Below are positions 46,379 through 56,972 of a stretch of DNA of 64,000 bases, one piece after another. How positions within the stretch are numbered: position 1 is the first letter of the stretch; each line of letters opens with the position of its first letter. The stretch covers positions 38,195-102,194 of the forward strand of contig CAZKNF010000004.1 in assembly GCA_964554105.1 (NCBI GenBank). Direction: 5' to 3'. The notes below the pieces were generated by a model. It made no database searches. It was not told where the DNA came from and was given only the letters and a program-made list of their open reading frames with translations. Origin of the DNA: an uncultured Rhodothermales bacterium. GTDB lineage: Bacteria; Bacteroidota; Rhodothermia; Rhodothermales; VXPQ01. Made by a program: the position numbers and the translations under genes.

Positions 46379-48631
46379 TCACTCCTCGAAGCGATAGACG
46401 CCGTGGATGCCGTCAATCCGTTTGATGCGCTCGATGACCCGCCGCAGATGCTCTAGGTCGGTCACGTAGCAGACGATCGTTCCTTCGAATACGCCGTCAT
46501 CGGAATCCACGGTGATCGATCGGATATTGGTCTTCAGATTTTTGGAGATGACGGTCGTAATGTCACTGACGATTCCCACCCTGTCTTCTCCCATTATGCG
46601 CAGCGCCGATATGAACTGTACGTCTTTTTGGCGGCTCCATTCGACCGGAACGATGCGATCGGGATGATTGATGAGGAGGTGAGGCGCATTCTTGCAGTTC
46701 ACGCGATGAATTTTGATGCCGCCGCTCCGGCTCACATATCCGAAGACCTCGTCGCCGGGAATTGGATTGCAGCATGAGGCATATTTCGTGACGATATCCG
46801 TGTGGAGCTCGCCGTCGATCTTGAGTGCCGGCTGCGCAGAAGAATGGGCCGAATCGAGGAAGTTTTCGTATTCGAGACGAAGCGCCTCCTCCTCTTTCTT
46901 TTCCGAGTCGGGATGTTCGTCCGGACGTTTCCCTCCTGCGCCGTTCTTAACATAGCTGACGAAATCCTGCACATCGTAAAGCCCCACGCCGATTTCGTAG
47001 AACATCTGCTGCGGATTTGGAAACTTGAGCGCAGAAGCGATCTTGCTGAGATCCTGTTCATCGATTTGAAGCCCTGCTCTGGATACCCTCTTTTCCCAGA
47101 TCTCCCGTCCGAGATCGACGGCCCGACGGCGCTTCTCGTTGATCCAATGACGGATGCGGCTTCGCGCCTTGTGCGTCACAACGAACTTCATCCAGTCCGG
47201 ATTGGGCGTTTGTTTCTTCGACGTGATGACTTCGACCTGGTCGCCGCTCTTGAGCTTATTTGAGAGCGGTACCATCTTGCCGTTGACTTTGGAGCCGATG
47301 CAATGTAATCCGACCTCCGTATGTACCTGAAATGCAAAGTCAACCGGCGTTGCGCCGGACGGCAGCGTCATCAGATCGCCTTTCGGCGTAAATACGTAGA
47401 TTTCCTCATCATATAGATTGAGCTGAAACTCCTTAACGAATTCCGTCGCATGCTCCGGCCTCGGATTCTCGAGGAGATCGCGAACCCAGAACAGGAACCG
47501 CTCCATCTCCTGATCTTGATCTATCACACCCTCTTTATACTTCCAATGCGCCGCGAAACCACGTTCAGCTATCTCGTGCATCTCCTCGGAGCGAATCTGC
47601 ACCTCAACGCGGCGCCCTTCCGGACCAAGTACGGTTGTATGGAGGCTCTGATATCCGTTCGACTTCGGCACAGACAGGAAGTCTCGGAATCGCTCAGGAA
47701 GCGGTTTGTACAGGTCTGTGATAATCGAATACACCCGCCAGCAATCTTCCTTCCCTTTATTCCCCGTGCTCTTGAGCACGATGCGAATCGCGAATAGATC
47801 GTAGATTTCGTCCAGAGGCTTATTCTGCCGCCTCATCTTTCGAAAGATCGAGTATATATTTTTCGATCTTCCGTAGATATCGAAGTCGAAATTCTCTCCG
47901 TTCAGCCGATCCGACAACGGTTCGACGAACCGGTTGATGTAATGAGCACGCTCCTGCTTCGATGCTCGCAGCCCACGCACAATCGCGTAGTAGTCATCGG
48001 GATTCAACGCCTTGAGAGACAGGTCTTCGAGTTCGCTCTTGACGGCGTGCAATCCGAATCGGTGGGCGAGTGGAGCGAAGAGCTCGAGCGTCTCAGAGGC
48101 AATCTTAAGTTGTTTGTGCTTGGGTAAAGAATCGATGGTCCGCATGTTGTGAAGCCGGTCGGCGAACTTCACGAGGATGACACGGATGTCGGTTGCCATC
48201 GAGAGCATCAATTTTCGCACGTTCTCTGCCTGCCCAAGCTCTCGGCTGGAGAACACGTCGCTGATTTTCGTCAGGCCATTTATAATGTTCGCCATTGACT
48301 CGCCGAATTCCTCGCGGATGAGATCGAGTGAAAATTCGGTGTCTTCGACGGTATCGTGAAGCAGTGCTGCCGCGACGCTGATGTCATCGAATCCGATGTC
48401 GCGTGCTACGATCCTAGCAACCTCGATCGGATGCGTGATATACCGCTCGCCGGAAACGCGGAGATCATTTCGGTGCGCCCAGTATCCGAGCCTAAACGCC
48501 CTGCGGATCATATCCTCATCAACTGACGGGAGACAGTTGCGGCAGAGATCAAGCAGTTCACCGAGACGTTGATCGAACTCGGGCTCGATCTGCAGCTCCG
48601 TATTCTTTAGAATGGAAGACGCGTGAAGCAT
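46379..48631 (-). CDS. rel: Bifunctional (p)ppGpp synthetase/hydrolase (RelA/SpoT homolog)
   Basis: HD hydrolase domain (HPIEVA...LLHDTVEDT), synthetase domain (GRSKNIYSIFRKM, YQSLHTTV), and TGS and ACT domains. Confidence 0.95.
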   Translation of the reverse strand: MLHASSILKNTELQIEPEFDQRLGELLDLCRNCLPSVDEDMIRRAFRLGYWAHRNDLRVSGERYITHPIEVARIVARDIGFDDISVAAALLHDTVEDTEFSLDLIREEFGESMANIINGLTKISDVFSSRELGQAENVRKLMLSMATDIRVILVKFADRLHNMRTIDSLPKHKQLKIASETLELFAPLAHRFGLHAVKSELEDLSLKALNPDDYYAIVRGLRASKQERAHYINRFVEPLSDRLNGENFDFDIYGRSKNIYSIFRKMRRQNKPLDEIYDLFAIRIVLKSTGNKGKEDCWRVYSIITDLYKPLPERFRDFLSVPKSNGYQSLHTTVLGPEGRRVEVQIRSEEMHEIAERGFAAHWKYKEGVIDQDQEMERFLFWVRDLLENPRPEHATEFVKEFQLNLYDEEIYVFTPKGDLMTLPSGATPVDFAFQVHTEVGLHCIGSKVNGKMVPLSNKLKSGDQVEVITSKKQTPNPDWMKFVVTHKARSRIRHWINEKRRRAVDLGREIWEKRVSRAGLQIDEQDLSKIASALKFPNPQQMFYEIGVGLYDVQDFVSYVKNGAGGKRPDEHPDSEKKEEEALRLEYENFLDSAHSSAQPALKIDGELHTDIVTKYASCCNPIPGDEVFGYVSRSGGIKIHRVNCKNAPHLLINHPDRIVPVEWSRQKDVQFISALRIMGEDRVGIVSDITTVISKNLKTNIRSITVDSDDGVFEGTIVCYVTDLEHLRRVIERIKRIDGIHGVYRFEE

Positions 48632-48808
48632 GTGCTGTCGTTGGCTGAAAAAGGGAACTGCACCTGCAGCTTTACCTCGTATATTTACAAGTAGTTACGC
48701 ATATATCATGCCATATTAAACCTACCGCTTCCGTACTGTTTCCTTTGCTGGGGCCGACCGTCGGCGGCACAGCGCATCCTACCGCGGAGCGAAAGCCACT
48801 CCCACCCT

Positions 48809-50581
48809 TTATTCGTTCGCGGCGCTCTGATGGATTGGTAGATCAAGGATGAACCTCGACCCGCGCCCGGGTGTGCTTGTTACATCGATGGTGCCCTGAT
48901 GACGTTCCACAATGCGCCTGCAGATTGCCAGGCCCATGCCCGTGCCTTCGTATTGCATATGCAGCCGCTGAAACGGAGCGAAAATACGTTCGGCATACCG
49001 ATCGTCAATTCCGATCCCGTTGTCTTCTACGATAAGGCGGCATAGCCAACTGGCGCCGGAGCCCCGGCCTTCGGTTTTCTCCTCATAGACGAGTACTTCC
49101 GGTCTCGCATCCTCACGTCGAAATTTTAGGGCGTTGCTGATCAGATTCTGAAAGAGCTGACGCATTTGCGTAGGATCAGCATCGATCGAGGGTAGCTTTT
49201 CCACGCTTAGCTGCCCTTCCACCTCCTGAATTCTGATCTCAATATCATTTCGAACAAATTCGACGATCTCATTGAGGTCGACTCTTTGAAATGTCTGGCC
49301 AGCCGTCTTAATGCGCGAAAATTGAAGCAGATCATCAATGAGGGCCGTCATTCGCGACGCAGAATCCTGCATTCGCTCGATATAAAACCCTGCGTCATCG
49401 CTGAGCTGATCGCCACAATCGTATCGCAGCAGATCGGCGAACGTACTGATCTTTCTTAGCGGTTCCTTTAAATCGTGCGATGCCACGTACGCAAATTCCT
49501 GCAGCTCGCGATTGCTTCGTTTGAGTTTGTTGTTTACCTGGGCCAGCTCCCGTTCCGTCCGCGTCCGTTCCAGAATTTCGCCCTTCAGCATAGCGTTTGC
49601 TTTCTGCAGTTCAGATGTCCGCTCGTCCACGCGCAGCTCCAGATTCTCGGTCAGTTTTCGCAACTCGCGTTCTGCACGTCTTCGCTCCACCAACTCCACC
49701 TGAGCTGACAATTCAGCTGTCTTGCGAGCGGTGACGTCCTGCACGGTTCCCGCAATACGAACAGGGCGGCCCTCGGCGTTTGAATAAATTCTGCCCTTGA
49801 CTTCAAGCCAGACGTAAGCTCCTTTAGGCAGCCAAAATCGGTACTCGATTTCGTAGTCTTCGCCCGTGCTAAGCGCGTTTCGGATGATCTCCTCAATCGC
49901 TTCCACGTCATTGGGGTGTACACGTTCGACGAGCAACAAGTAGTTGTCGAACGGGCTTTCGAACTCCTCGCGCTGGATACCGTGAAGACGATAAACCTGG
50001 TCAGACCAAAATATCGTCGAATCACGCACGTTCCAGTCCCATACGCCCATTTTGGCAGCATCGAGTGCGAGCTGGAGCCGTTCCTCGGTAAGATTCTGTG
50101 ACTCGCTAACATCTCGATGTATTGAGAGTATGCCCCTGACCTTGTCTCGGTCATCCGAGCTCTTGCGGTTGAGGGCAAAAAGACCCCGAAGCCGAATCTC
50201 CTCACGATCGGCGCAAAACGCACGAAACTGTATTTCAACAGGTGACTGATCGTACAGGCGGGCGAGCTTGGCAACCACAAATTCGAGGTCGTCTCCATGC
50301 ACGAATTCGCTTGTGAAAAAGCCTTGCCGGTGCCAGTGTCCCGGCTCATAGCCGAGAAGACGTTCGACGACGACTGCATTCGCATCAACAACCTGCAGGG
50401 TTTCCGGATCAGCCTCAATAACGATGCATCCGAGGTCGTCGAGAAATCCGCGATCCGATCGATCAATCATGAGGCCTAAGATCTTGGATGTTTGCTTCGT
50501 CAGTCGATCAGGTGACAAGTCGCACGAAGCGACATGTTCATCAGCAGCTGATAGAATAGCGGACTGGCAAGATACCAACAA
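48809..50581 (-). CDS. Cytoplasmic PAS-PAS sensor histidine kinase (orphan)
   Basis: Two PAS-like regions and a coiled coil, followed by the HisKA H-box ASHDLKEPLRKI. The HATPase N/G boxes are SNALKF, VEDNGIGI and GTGMGLAI. No TM helix is present and no adjacent response regulator. Confidence 0.9.
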   Translation of the reverse strand: MLVSCQSAILSAADEHVASCDLSPDRLTKQTSKILGLMIDRSDRGFLDDLGCIVIEADPETLQVVDANAVVVERLLGYEPGHWHRQGFFTSEFVHGDDLEFVVAKLARLYDQSPVEIQFRAFCADREEIRLRGLFALNRKSSDDRDKVRGILSIHRDVSESQNLTEERLQLALDAAKMGVWDWNVRDSTIFWSDQVYRLHGIQREEFESPFDNYLLLVERVHPNDVEAIEEIIRNALSTGEDYEIEYRFWLPKGAYVWLEVKGRIYSNAEGRPVRIAGTVQDVTARKTAELSAQVELVERRRAERELRKLTENLELRVDERTSELQKANAMLKGEILERTRTERELAQVNNKLKRSNRELQEFAYVASHDLKEPLRKISTFADLLRYDCGDQLSDDAGFYIERMQDSASRMTALIDDLLQFSRIKTAGQTFQRVDLNEIVEFVRNDIEIRIQEVEGQLSVEKLPSIDADPTQMRQLFQNLISNALKFRREDARPEVLVYEEKTEGRGSGASWLCRLIVEDNGIGIDDRYAERIFAPFQRLHMQYEGTGMGLAICRRIVERHQGTIDVTSTPGRGSRFILDLPIHQSAANE

Positions 50582-50601
50582 AGCGCCGCTGCAGTACTGT
50601 G

Positions 50602-50645
50602 GTAGTCGAATTGCGTCTACAGCCCGGTACGTGCCTTTCGACTAC
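50602..50645. promoter_or_regulatory. 9-bp inverted repeat GTAGTCGAA-N26-TTCGACTAC just upstream of the histidine kinase gene
   Basis: Read directly from the sequence. It lies between the rplQ terminator and the kinase start at 50581. Confidence 0.3.
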
Positions 50646-50680
50646 AAAAAAGGCGCTGCCGCATCGGGAGCGACAGCGCC
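50645..50680 (-). terminator. Strong rho-independent terminator after rplQ
   Basis: The minus-strand RNA reads GGCGCUGUCGC-ucccgau-GCGGCAGCGCC followed by UUUUUUG. Confidence 0.85.
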
Positions 50681-50708
50681 TTTCAAAAGAATCATGAAAC
50701 GATAGTAC

Positions 50709-51449
50709 TTATTTGGACTTGTCGTCATCAGCGGACTCGCCGGTCGATGAAGCCTCATCATCCGGTTCCGGTTCATCAGCTGTATCTGCGTCTGCCTTCG
50801 TGATCTCGCTGGTTGGTTCTTCCACCACCTCGTCCGAAGCGTTAGCGGCATCCGGTCTCGGCTCGTCATTCTGTTCTTTGGAGGCCGCTGATTCCGTCGG
50901 CTCGTTACCCACCGCCTCGACGTCATCCACCGAATCTCCGACCGTCGGGTCCTGTTCTTCGGATGATGTTGAGGTATCTGAGGCAACAGCTTCCTGCGTC
51001 TCGGTACTCTTTGATCGGCTCCGTCGACGCCCTTTGCCTCTTCCTCGCCGCGTGCGCTTTGCACTTCGTCCCGTCTCTTCAGGCTGAACGTCGTTGTAGT
51101 CAACCAGCTCTATCATCGCCATCGCCGCACCGTCCCCGGCTCGGCGACCCAACTTCACAACGCGCGTGTATCCACCCGGCCGATCGCCAACCTGCGCGGA
51201 TACATCCGTGAATAACTCGGAGACCGTTTCGTTGTCCTGCAGCCGGCGAAAAACCTGACGCCGATTGTGGGACGTATCTTCCTTCGCGCGCGTGATCAGG
51301 GGTTCGATATATACGCGCAGCGCCTTCGCCTTAGGAACCGTGGTCGTGATCCGCTTATGCCGAATGAGCGCGGTGCCCAGCGCCGCCAGTGTCGCCTTAC
51401 GGTGCGACGTACTCCGACCCAGCTTATGCCGCTTCTTCTGATGTCTCAT
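50709..51449 (-). CDS. rplQ: 50S ribosomal protein L17 with a ~120-aa basic-then-acidic C-terminal extension
   Basis: The sequence [37 protein letters not shown] is the L17 core. The 246-aa total is about twice the usual length. Confidence 0.95.
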   Translation of the reverse strand: MRHQKKRHKLGRSTSHRKATLAALGTALIRHKRITTTVPKAKALRVYIEPLITRAKEDTSHNRRQVFRRLQDNETVSELFTDVSAQVGDRPGGYTRVVKLGRRAGDGAAMAMIELVDYNDVQPEETGRSAKRTRRGRGKGRRRSRSKSTETQEAVASDTSTSSEEQDPTVGDSVDDVEAVGNEPTESAASKEQNDEPRPDAANASDEVVEEPTSEITKADADTADEPEPDDEASSTGESADDDKSK

Positions 51450-51540
51450 ATGTCAATACGTTCAGAGTCCGAGTTTCAATGTTCAGAGTATCAAGAACGA
51501 TCGCCGAACTGACTCTCGTCCTCTGAATGGTGCACATCGA

Positions 51541-52530
51541 TTACGCTTCTTCCATATACTTGTCGACTTCCATACCGAAATGCAGGCCTCTCTCTTCGAG
51601 CACCTGAATCAGCTCTTGGAGCGACTTGCGCCCGAAGTTGCGGAACTTCAGCATCTCGGACTCTTCGCGGCGAACGAGATCGCCGATGTTCTTGATGTTC
51701 GCAGCCTTGAGACAGTTGTGTGCGCGGACGGAGAGATCGAGCTCATCGACCGGTTGCGATAGAAGCTCCCGAATACGCTGAACCTCGGCGTCGACTTCTT
51801 TCTCCTCTTCAGTAGGCTGCGGCTCGCCTTCCATCGAAATAAAGAGGTTGACATGATCGCGAAGTATAGATGCCGCCTGCGCGAGTGCGTCCTCCGCCGT
51901 CACGGAACCGTCAGTCTCGACCTCCATCATTAATTTTTCGTAGTCGATCTTCTGGCCTACACGCGTAGGTTTAACGGTGTACTTCACGTTCTGAATCGGC
52001 GTAAAAATCGCGTCGATTGCGATGACCCCGATGGGGTCGTCAGCCTTTTTGTTTTCGTCTGCAGGTACGTAACCGCGGCCATATTCAACGCGCAACTCAA
52101 TGCTGAGAGCCGCATCATCTCCAAGCGTAGCAATGGGATGATCGGGGTTCAGAATCTCGAAATCGTTCGTGGCTTTGCCGATGTCGCTCGCCGTCCATTC
52201 TCCAGGACCGTTCAGAGATAGATGGATATTGTTGTCGGCGCCTTCGACTGCCCGGAAGCGCACCCCCTTCAAGTTGAGAATAATGTCTGCCACATCCTCG
52301 GAGACGCCAGGAATCGTCGAAAACTCATGTTGCACACCGTCTATTTTCAACGCGGTGATCGCGACTCCTTCGAGCGAGGAAAGCAGGACTCGGCGCAAGG
52401 CATTCCCTATGGTCACTCCGTATCCGCGCTCAAGCGGCTGGACGACAAAACGCCCGTGAAATTCCGAGGCTTCCTCGACCTGAATGCCTTCCGGCATCTG
52501 TATAGCGTGGTTGCTCATATCCGTCTGCAT
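51541..52530 (-). CDS. rpoA: DNA-directed RNA polymerase subunit alpha
   Basis: Motif PLERGYGVTIGNALRRVLLSSL, plus a C-terminal domain ELDLSVRAHNCLKAANI. I chose the ATG at 52530 (alternative 52518). The ORF track begins at 52593. Confidence 0.95.
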   Translation of the reverse strand: MQTDMSNHAIQMPEGIQVEEASEFHGRFVVQPLERGYGVTIGNALRRVLLSSLEGVAITALKIDGVQHEFSTIPGVSEDVADIILNLKGVRFRAVEGADNNIHLSLNGPGEWTASDIGKATNDFEILNPDHPIATLGDDAALSIELRVEYGRGYVPADENKKADDPIGVIAIDAIFTPIQNVKYTVKPTRVGQKIDYEKLMMEVETDGSVTAEDALAQAASILRDHVNLFISMEGEPQPTEEEKEVDAEVQRIRELLSQPVDELDLSVRAHNCLKAANIKNIGDLVRREESEMLKFRNFGRKSLQELIQVLEERGLHFGMEVDKYMEEA

Positions 52531-52619
52531 GTCAAATATCTGAATCTGAAATTTCGGCTCGCGTATCCCGGAGAGATCGAGCAGGCCGCCCATACACCAC
52601 CGATTCGATGGTGTCGCAC

Positions 52620-53222
52620 TTATTTCGAGTACAGCTCCACAATGAGCTGCTCGCGAATATTCTCAGGAATATCCTCTCGCGCCGGGTAATCAAGGAATTT
52701 GCCGCGCCGCTGATTGCGGTCAACTTCCAGCCACGCAAACGTCCGCTTATTACGCTTCACTGAATCGCTCACAACGTCGAGATTCCGGCTCCTCGGACGC
52801 ATGGCAATCGTTTCACCGGGTCTGAGCTGGTACGATGGAATATCGACCACCTGGTCATTGACCATGATATGCCCGTGTGTCACGAGCTGGCGCGCCTGAC
52901 GCCGGGTTCGGGCGAAGCCTAAACGGTACACCGTATTATCGAGCCGAGCTTCAAGAAACCTCAGGAGATTCTCGCCTGTGACGCCCTTCTTCCGGGATGC
53001 CTTCTCAAATACGTTTCGGAATTGGCGCTCCAGCAGGCCATACGTGTACTTCGCCTTCTGCTTCTCTTTTAGCTGGACTGAGTATTCGCTCTCTTTGGAG
53101 CGCCGCCCTCGGCCATGCTGCCCAGGAGGGAAGGGCTTACGTTCTAGCGCTTTACTGGGACCAAATATCGGTTCCTTAAAGCGACGGGCTATCTTCTGCT
53201 TTGGGCCTCTGTATCGGGCCAT
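52620..53222 (-). CDS. rpsD: 30S ribosomal protein S4
   Basis: The start is at [15 protein letters not shown] (53222). The ORF track extends upstream to a TTG at 53330. Confidence 0.95.
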   Translation of the reverse strand: MARYRGPKQKIARRFKEPIFGPSKALERKPFPPGQHGRGRRSKESEYSVQLKEKQKAKYTYGLLERQFRNVFEKASRKKGVTGENLLRFLEARLDNTVYRLGFARTRRQARQLVTHGHIMVNDQVVDIPSYQLRPGETIAMRPRSRNLDVVSDSVKRNKRTFAWLEVDRNQRRGKFLDYPAREDIPENIREQLIVELYSK

Positions 53223-53382
53223 TGTAGTTATTTCCTCTCGTTTGTTGGCTAATAGAACAAACGTACAAGCCGTCTCTCTGCGACTTGTAGCCGGTCTTAG
53301 ACCGAAGCGCTCGTTTTGCACGCGGTACAATATTCGAGGTCAGAACCCAGAGCATCGCACTCTGAGATCAGATCCTGAGCAG

Positions 53383-53784
53383 TTACACGCGGCGGCGCTT
53401 CGGAGGCCGGCAGCCGTTGTGCGGAATAGGGGTCATGTCACGGATCGTCGCAATCTCGAGTCCGGCCCCGGCGAGAGCACGAATCGCAGACTCTCGTCCA
53501 GATCCCGGCCCCTTTACGTATACATCGACGCGGCGCAGTCCGAGGTCATGCGCTTCACGCGCCGCTGCCGTCGCCGCAACCTGTGCGGCATAAGGCGTAT
53601 TCTTGCGGCTGCCTCGAAAGCCCATCTTGCCGGAACTTGCCCACGAAATCGTGTTGCCGTACTGATCAGTGAGCGTCACGATCACGTTGTTGAACGTGGC
53701 CTTCACGTGCGCCTGTCCGTTCGACTCGACGATGACATTTTTTTTGCGGACCGAGCGGCCGCCTCGCTGTTGCCTTTTCGCCAT
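53383..53784 (-). CDS. rpsK: 30S ribosomal protein S11
   Basis: Motifs [16 protein letters not shown] and [13 protein letters not shown]. Confidence 0.97.
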   Translation of the reverse strand: MAKRQQRGGRSVRKKNVIVESNGQAHVKATFNNVIVTLTDQYGNTISWASSGKMGFRGSRKNTPYAAQVAATAAAREAHDLGLRRVDVYVKGPGSGRESAIRALAGAGLEIATIRDMTPIPHNGCRPPKRRRV

Positions 53785-53859
53785 TTCCCTATTGTATTAC
53801 CATTCAATTGATCATTTATGACGATCGTCGCGCCGACACACCATCACACCCATAATTGA

Positions 53860-54240
53860 TTACTTGCGGGGCGCCTGCTTCTTGCCGGCGACCGTTCTAC
53901 GCCGACCCTTGCGAGTCCGCGCATTCGTGCGCGTACGCTGCCCTCTGACGGGCAGACCGCGTCGATGACGAAGACCCCTGTAACAACCGATATCCATCAG
54001 ACGCTTTATGTTCATCTGCGTCTCGGAGCGAAGCTGACCCTCAACCTGATAGTCATCCTCGATGATGCGTCGCACGCTCCGGGTCTGTTCTTCGGTCCAT
54101 GCGTCGGGATGGAGGCTGTAATCGACTTCGGCGCGATCCAAAATTTGTCGCGCACGCGAGCGACCGATACCATAGATCGAAGTCAGTGCTATCTCACTCC
54201 GCTTCTGCAGGGGTAGGTCTACTCCGGCTATTCGTGGCAT
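53860..54240 (-). CDS. rpsM: 30S ribosomal protein S13
   Basis: The N-terminus reads [10 protein letters not shown]...[10 protein letters not shown]. Confidence 0.97.
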   Translation of the reverse strand: MPRIAGVDLPLQKRSEIALTSIYGIGRSRARQILDRAEVDYSLHPDAWTEEQTRSVRRIIEDDYQVEGQLRSETQMNIKRLMDIGCYRGLRHRRGLPVRGQRTRTNARTRKGRRRTVAGKKQAPRK

Positions 54241-54368
54241 ATAATCTCTACGATACTCTGTCTATCCTGTCAGTCGTCTTACCGCTTCTCTTTCCGCAGA
54301 ACTGGATGATCACGAGCCGTGCTCGGGGCGTCCACCTACTCACTTCGAGAGAAGAATCATTCGAATGT

Positions 54369-54485
54369 TTAACCCTGACGCTGCTTGTGCTTAGGGTTCT
54401 TCTTATTGATCACGTAAATGCGGCCCTTCCGGCGAACAATCTTGTCCTCCGGACTCCGCTTCTTAACACTGGATCGTACTTTCAT
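54369..54485 (-). CDS. rpmJ: 50S ribosomal protein L36 (Cys-less form)
   Basis: This gene is not in the ORF track because it is under 60 aa. My own translation gives [38 protein letters not shown] followed by a stop. Confidence 0.9.
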   Translation of the reverse strand: MKVRSSVKKRSPEDKIVRRKGRIYVINKKNPKHKQRQG

Positions 54486-54697
54486 CGAGGCCTCCGTACA
54501 TTTCGGTCTTTTCAGGGGAAATACTGGTGTTATTACCCTGCCCGTGTCGCGCCGCTATCGGCACAAATTTCAGATCGACGGCATACCCGTTCGAGCAAAG
54601 CCTTTAAATAACGTCACATTTTGCTTTATGTTCGTCAATATTGTATGGAGGCCGCTTGCCGCTATGCCGTCCATCCGACGCCTACGGCAACAGCCGT

Positions 54698-55510
54698 TCA
54701 GCCATTCGTGATGACCTCCGTGTAGGGTGCGTCAATTACTTCTTCAATATGTTCAAATGTGCTCAGCACTTCTGCTGCGCCGCCCCGGACGACCACCATG
54801 TGCTCATAGTGAGCGGACGGTAAACCGTCATCCGCCCGTATAGTCCAGCCATCCGGATCCGCCTTGACTTCCCAAGACCCCTGATTAATCATCGGCTCGA
54901 TACATAGCGTCAGACCACTTCGCAATTTTCGTCCTGTCCCCCGCCGTCCGAAATTCGGGATCTGCGGGTCCTCGTGGAGACTCTTACCAATGCCGTGGCC
55001 CACCAGATCACGCACGACGCCGAACCCTCGCTCCTCACAATAGCTCTGCACGGCGTGCGAGATATCACCTACGCGCCGCCCTGCGATTGCCTGCTCGATC
55101 CCCCTGTTGAGGGACTCGTAGGTGACTGCGCAGAGCTCGCGGTTCTGCGGCGAAATATCGCCCACCGCGAATGTGTATGCACTATCACCGTAATATCCGT
55201 TGAGAAGCACACCGCAATCGATCGATACGAGATCGCCTTCCGAGAGCGGATTGTCGTCGGGTATGCCGTGCACCACCACGTCGTTCACTGACGTGCACAA
55301 CGTGTTTGGAAAAACAAGCTCTCCGACCTGGTAGCCTTTGAAAGCAGGCGTTCCATTGTTCTTGAGAATGAACTCCTCAGCCACGGCATCGAGCTCAGCC
55401 GTCGTGACGCCCGGCCGCACGTGATACGCCACCTCCGCCAGCGCACGTCCCACCAGGTTTGCACTCTCGCGCAATCGATCGATTTCGCGCCGACTCTTGA
55501 GGTGAATCAT
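54698..55510 (-). CDS. map: Type I methionine aminopeptidase
   Basis: Motifs VHGIP, DCGVLLNGYYGD, GHGIG and EPM. Confidence 0.95.
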   Translation of the reverse strand: MIHLKSRREIDRLRESANLVGRALAEVAYHVRPGVTTAELDAVAEEFILKNNGTPAFKGYQVGELVFPNTLCTSVNDVVVHGIPDDNPLSEGDLVSIDCGVLLNGYYGDSAYTFAVGDISPQNRELCAVTYESLNRGIEQAIAGRRVGDISHAVQSYCEERGFGVVRDLVGHGIGKSLHEDPQIPNFGRRGTGRKLRSGLTLCIEPMINQGSWEVKADPDGWTIRADDGLPSAHYEHMVVVRGGAAEVLSTFEHIEEVIDAPYTEVITNG

Positions 55511-55612
55511 CGTTTCGGTGATTTCAATGTTCAGTCGACTACGTGCGGATTCACCTACACGCAGCGTGACTCTGCTCTCCCGATTCCAAGCCTGGCCTTG
55601 TACGTTATCCGG

Positions 55613-56929
55613 CTACATATATCGGCCGCGAACCCTGCCGCTCTTCATGAAGCCGTCGTAATGGCGCATCAATAAGTGACTTTCAATCTGTTGAAGCGTG
55701 TCCAGCGTAACACCCACCAGGATGAGGAGACTCGTGCCTCCGAAAAACAACGCGAATCCAGCGGACACTCCTGCCTGCATGGCAAATGCCGGCAGAATTG
55801 CGACGAACCCTAGGAAGATGGAGCCTGGCAGCGTGATCTTCGTCAAGATGTTGTCGATGAACTCGCTGGTCTGCTTGCCTGGTCGAATACCTGGAATGAA
55901 GCCGCCCTGACGCTTCATCGTATCGGCCATTTCCTTCGGATTCACCGCGATTGCCGTATAGAAGTACGTGAAGAAGACGCAGATCACAAAGAAGACGGTC
56001 GAATAGCCCCACCCTGCGATATCGGAAAACCACCGCCCGAACTCCTGCATGAAGGCACTGTCAGGGAAGAAGGATGCGATCGTTGCAGGGACGAACATAA
56101 TTGACTGCGCAAAGATAATGGGCATCACCCCAGCGGCGTTGACGCGGAGCGGGAGGTACTGCGTCGTTCCACCGTAGACCTTGCGGCCGACGACGCGCTT
56201 GGCGTACTGTACGGGAATCCGACGCATACCCTGCGTAACCAGCACCACGCCCAGGGTCACAAGTCCGAAAATGCCGATCTCCATCAGGAAGATGAAGAGG
56301 TTGTTCGTCAGCGAGAACTCATTGAAGAGGGCCTGTGGGAAGAACGCTATTATACCGATCATGATGACCAGTGAGATACCGTTGCCGATCCCATTCTCAC
56401 TAATGCGTTCGCCAAGCCACATGACGAAGACAGTACCCGCCGTGAGTACGATGACCGTCGAGATCATGAAAAATGTAGAGCCGATCACGATAGCCTGACC
56501 TGTCGCACCGTACTGCAAATTAATCGTGTATCCGATCGACTGAAAAAATGTGATGCCGACCGTGCCGTAACGCGTCAGCTGCGTAATCTTCCGGCGTCCC
56601 TCCTCGCCCTCACGCTGCAGCTTCTGAAAATACGGCAGAACGGCGCCGAGAAGCTGAATGATGATGGATGCCGTAATGTAAGGCATGATGCCCAGGGCAA
56701 AGATGCCGGCCTGGCTGAAGGCACCTCCTACGAACATGTCGAGGAATCCGAAGATATCATTCGGATCACTGCCCGCATTCACGTCAGCCAGAATACTCGC
56801 ATCGACGCCCGGAAGCGTTACGTACGCACCGATTCGATAGATGATGAGCAAGCCGAGCGTATAGAGTATTCGCCGACGAAGCTCGTCAATTTTCCAAATG
56901 TTGCGAAGGCTCTCGCCAAGAGTCGCCAT
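55613..56929 (-). CDS. secY: Preprotein translocase subunit SecY
   Basis: 438 aa with 10 TM helices. Motifs GIMPYITASIIIQLL and IPGIRPG. Confidence 0.97.
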   Translation of the reverse strand: MATLGESLRNIWKIDELRRRILYTLGLLIIYRIGAYVTLPGVDASILADVNAGSDPNDIFGFLDMFVGGAFSQAGIFALGIMPYITASIIIQLLGAVLPYFQKLQREGEEGRRKITQLTRYGTVGITFFQSIGYTINLQYGATGQAIVIGSTFFMISTVIVLTAGTVFVMWLGERISENGIGNGISLVIMIGIIAFFPQALFNEFSLTNNLFIFLMEIGIFGLVTLGVVLVTQGMRRIPVQYAKRVVGRKVYGGTTQYLPLRVNAAGVMPIIFAQSIMFVPATIASFFPDSAFMQEFGRWFSDIAGWGYSTVFFVICVFFTYFYTAIAVNPKEMADTMKRQGGFIPGIRPGKQTSEFIDNILTKITLPGSIFLGFVAILPAFAMQAGVSAGFALFFGGTSLLILVGVTLDTLQQIESHLLMRHYDGFMKSGRVRGRYM

Positions 56930-56972
56930 GATTTCGGATGTGATTGATAACGGACGTAAAAGTCCGTCCGTG

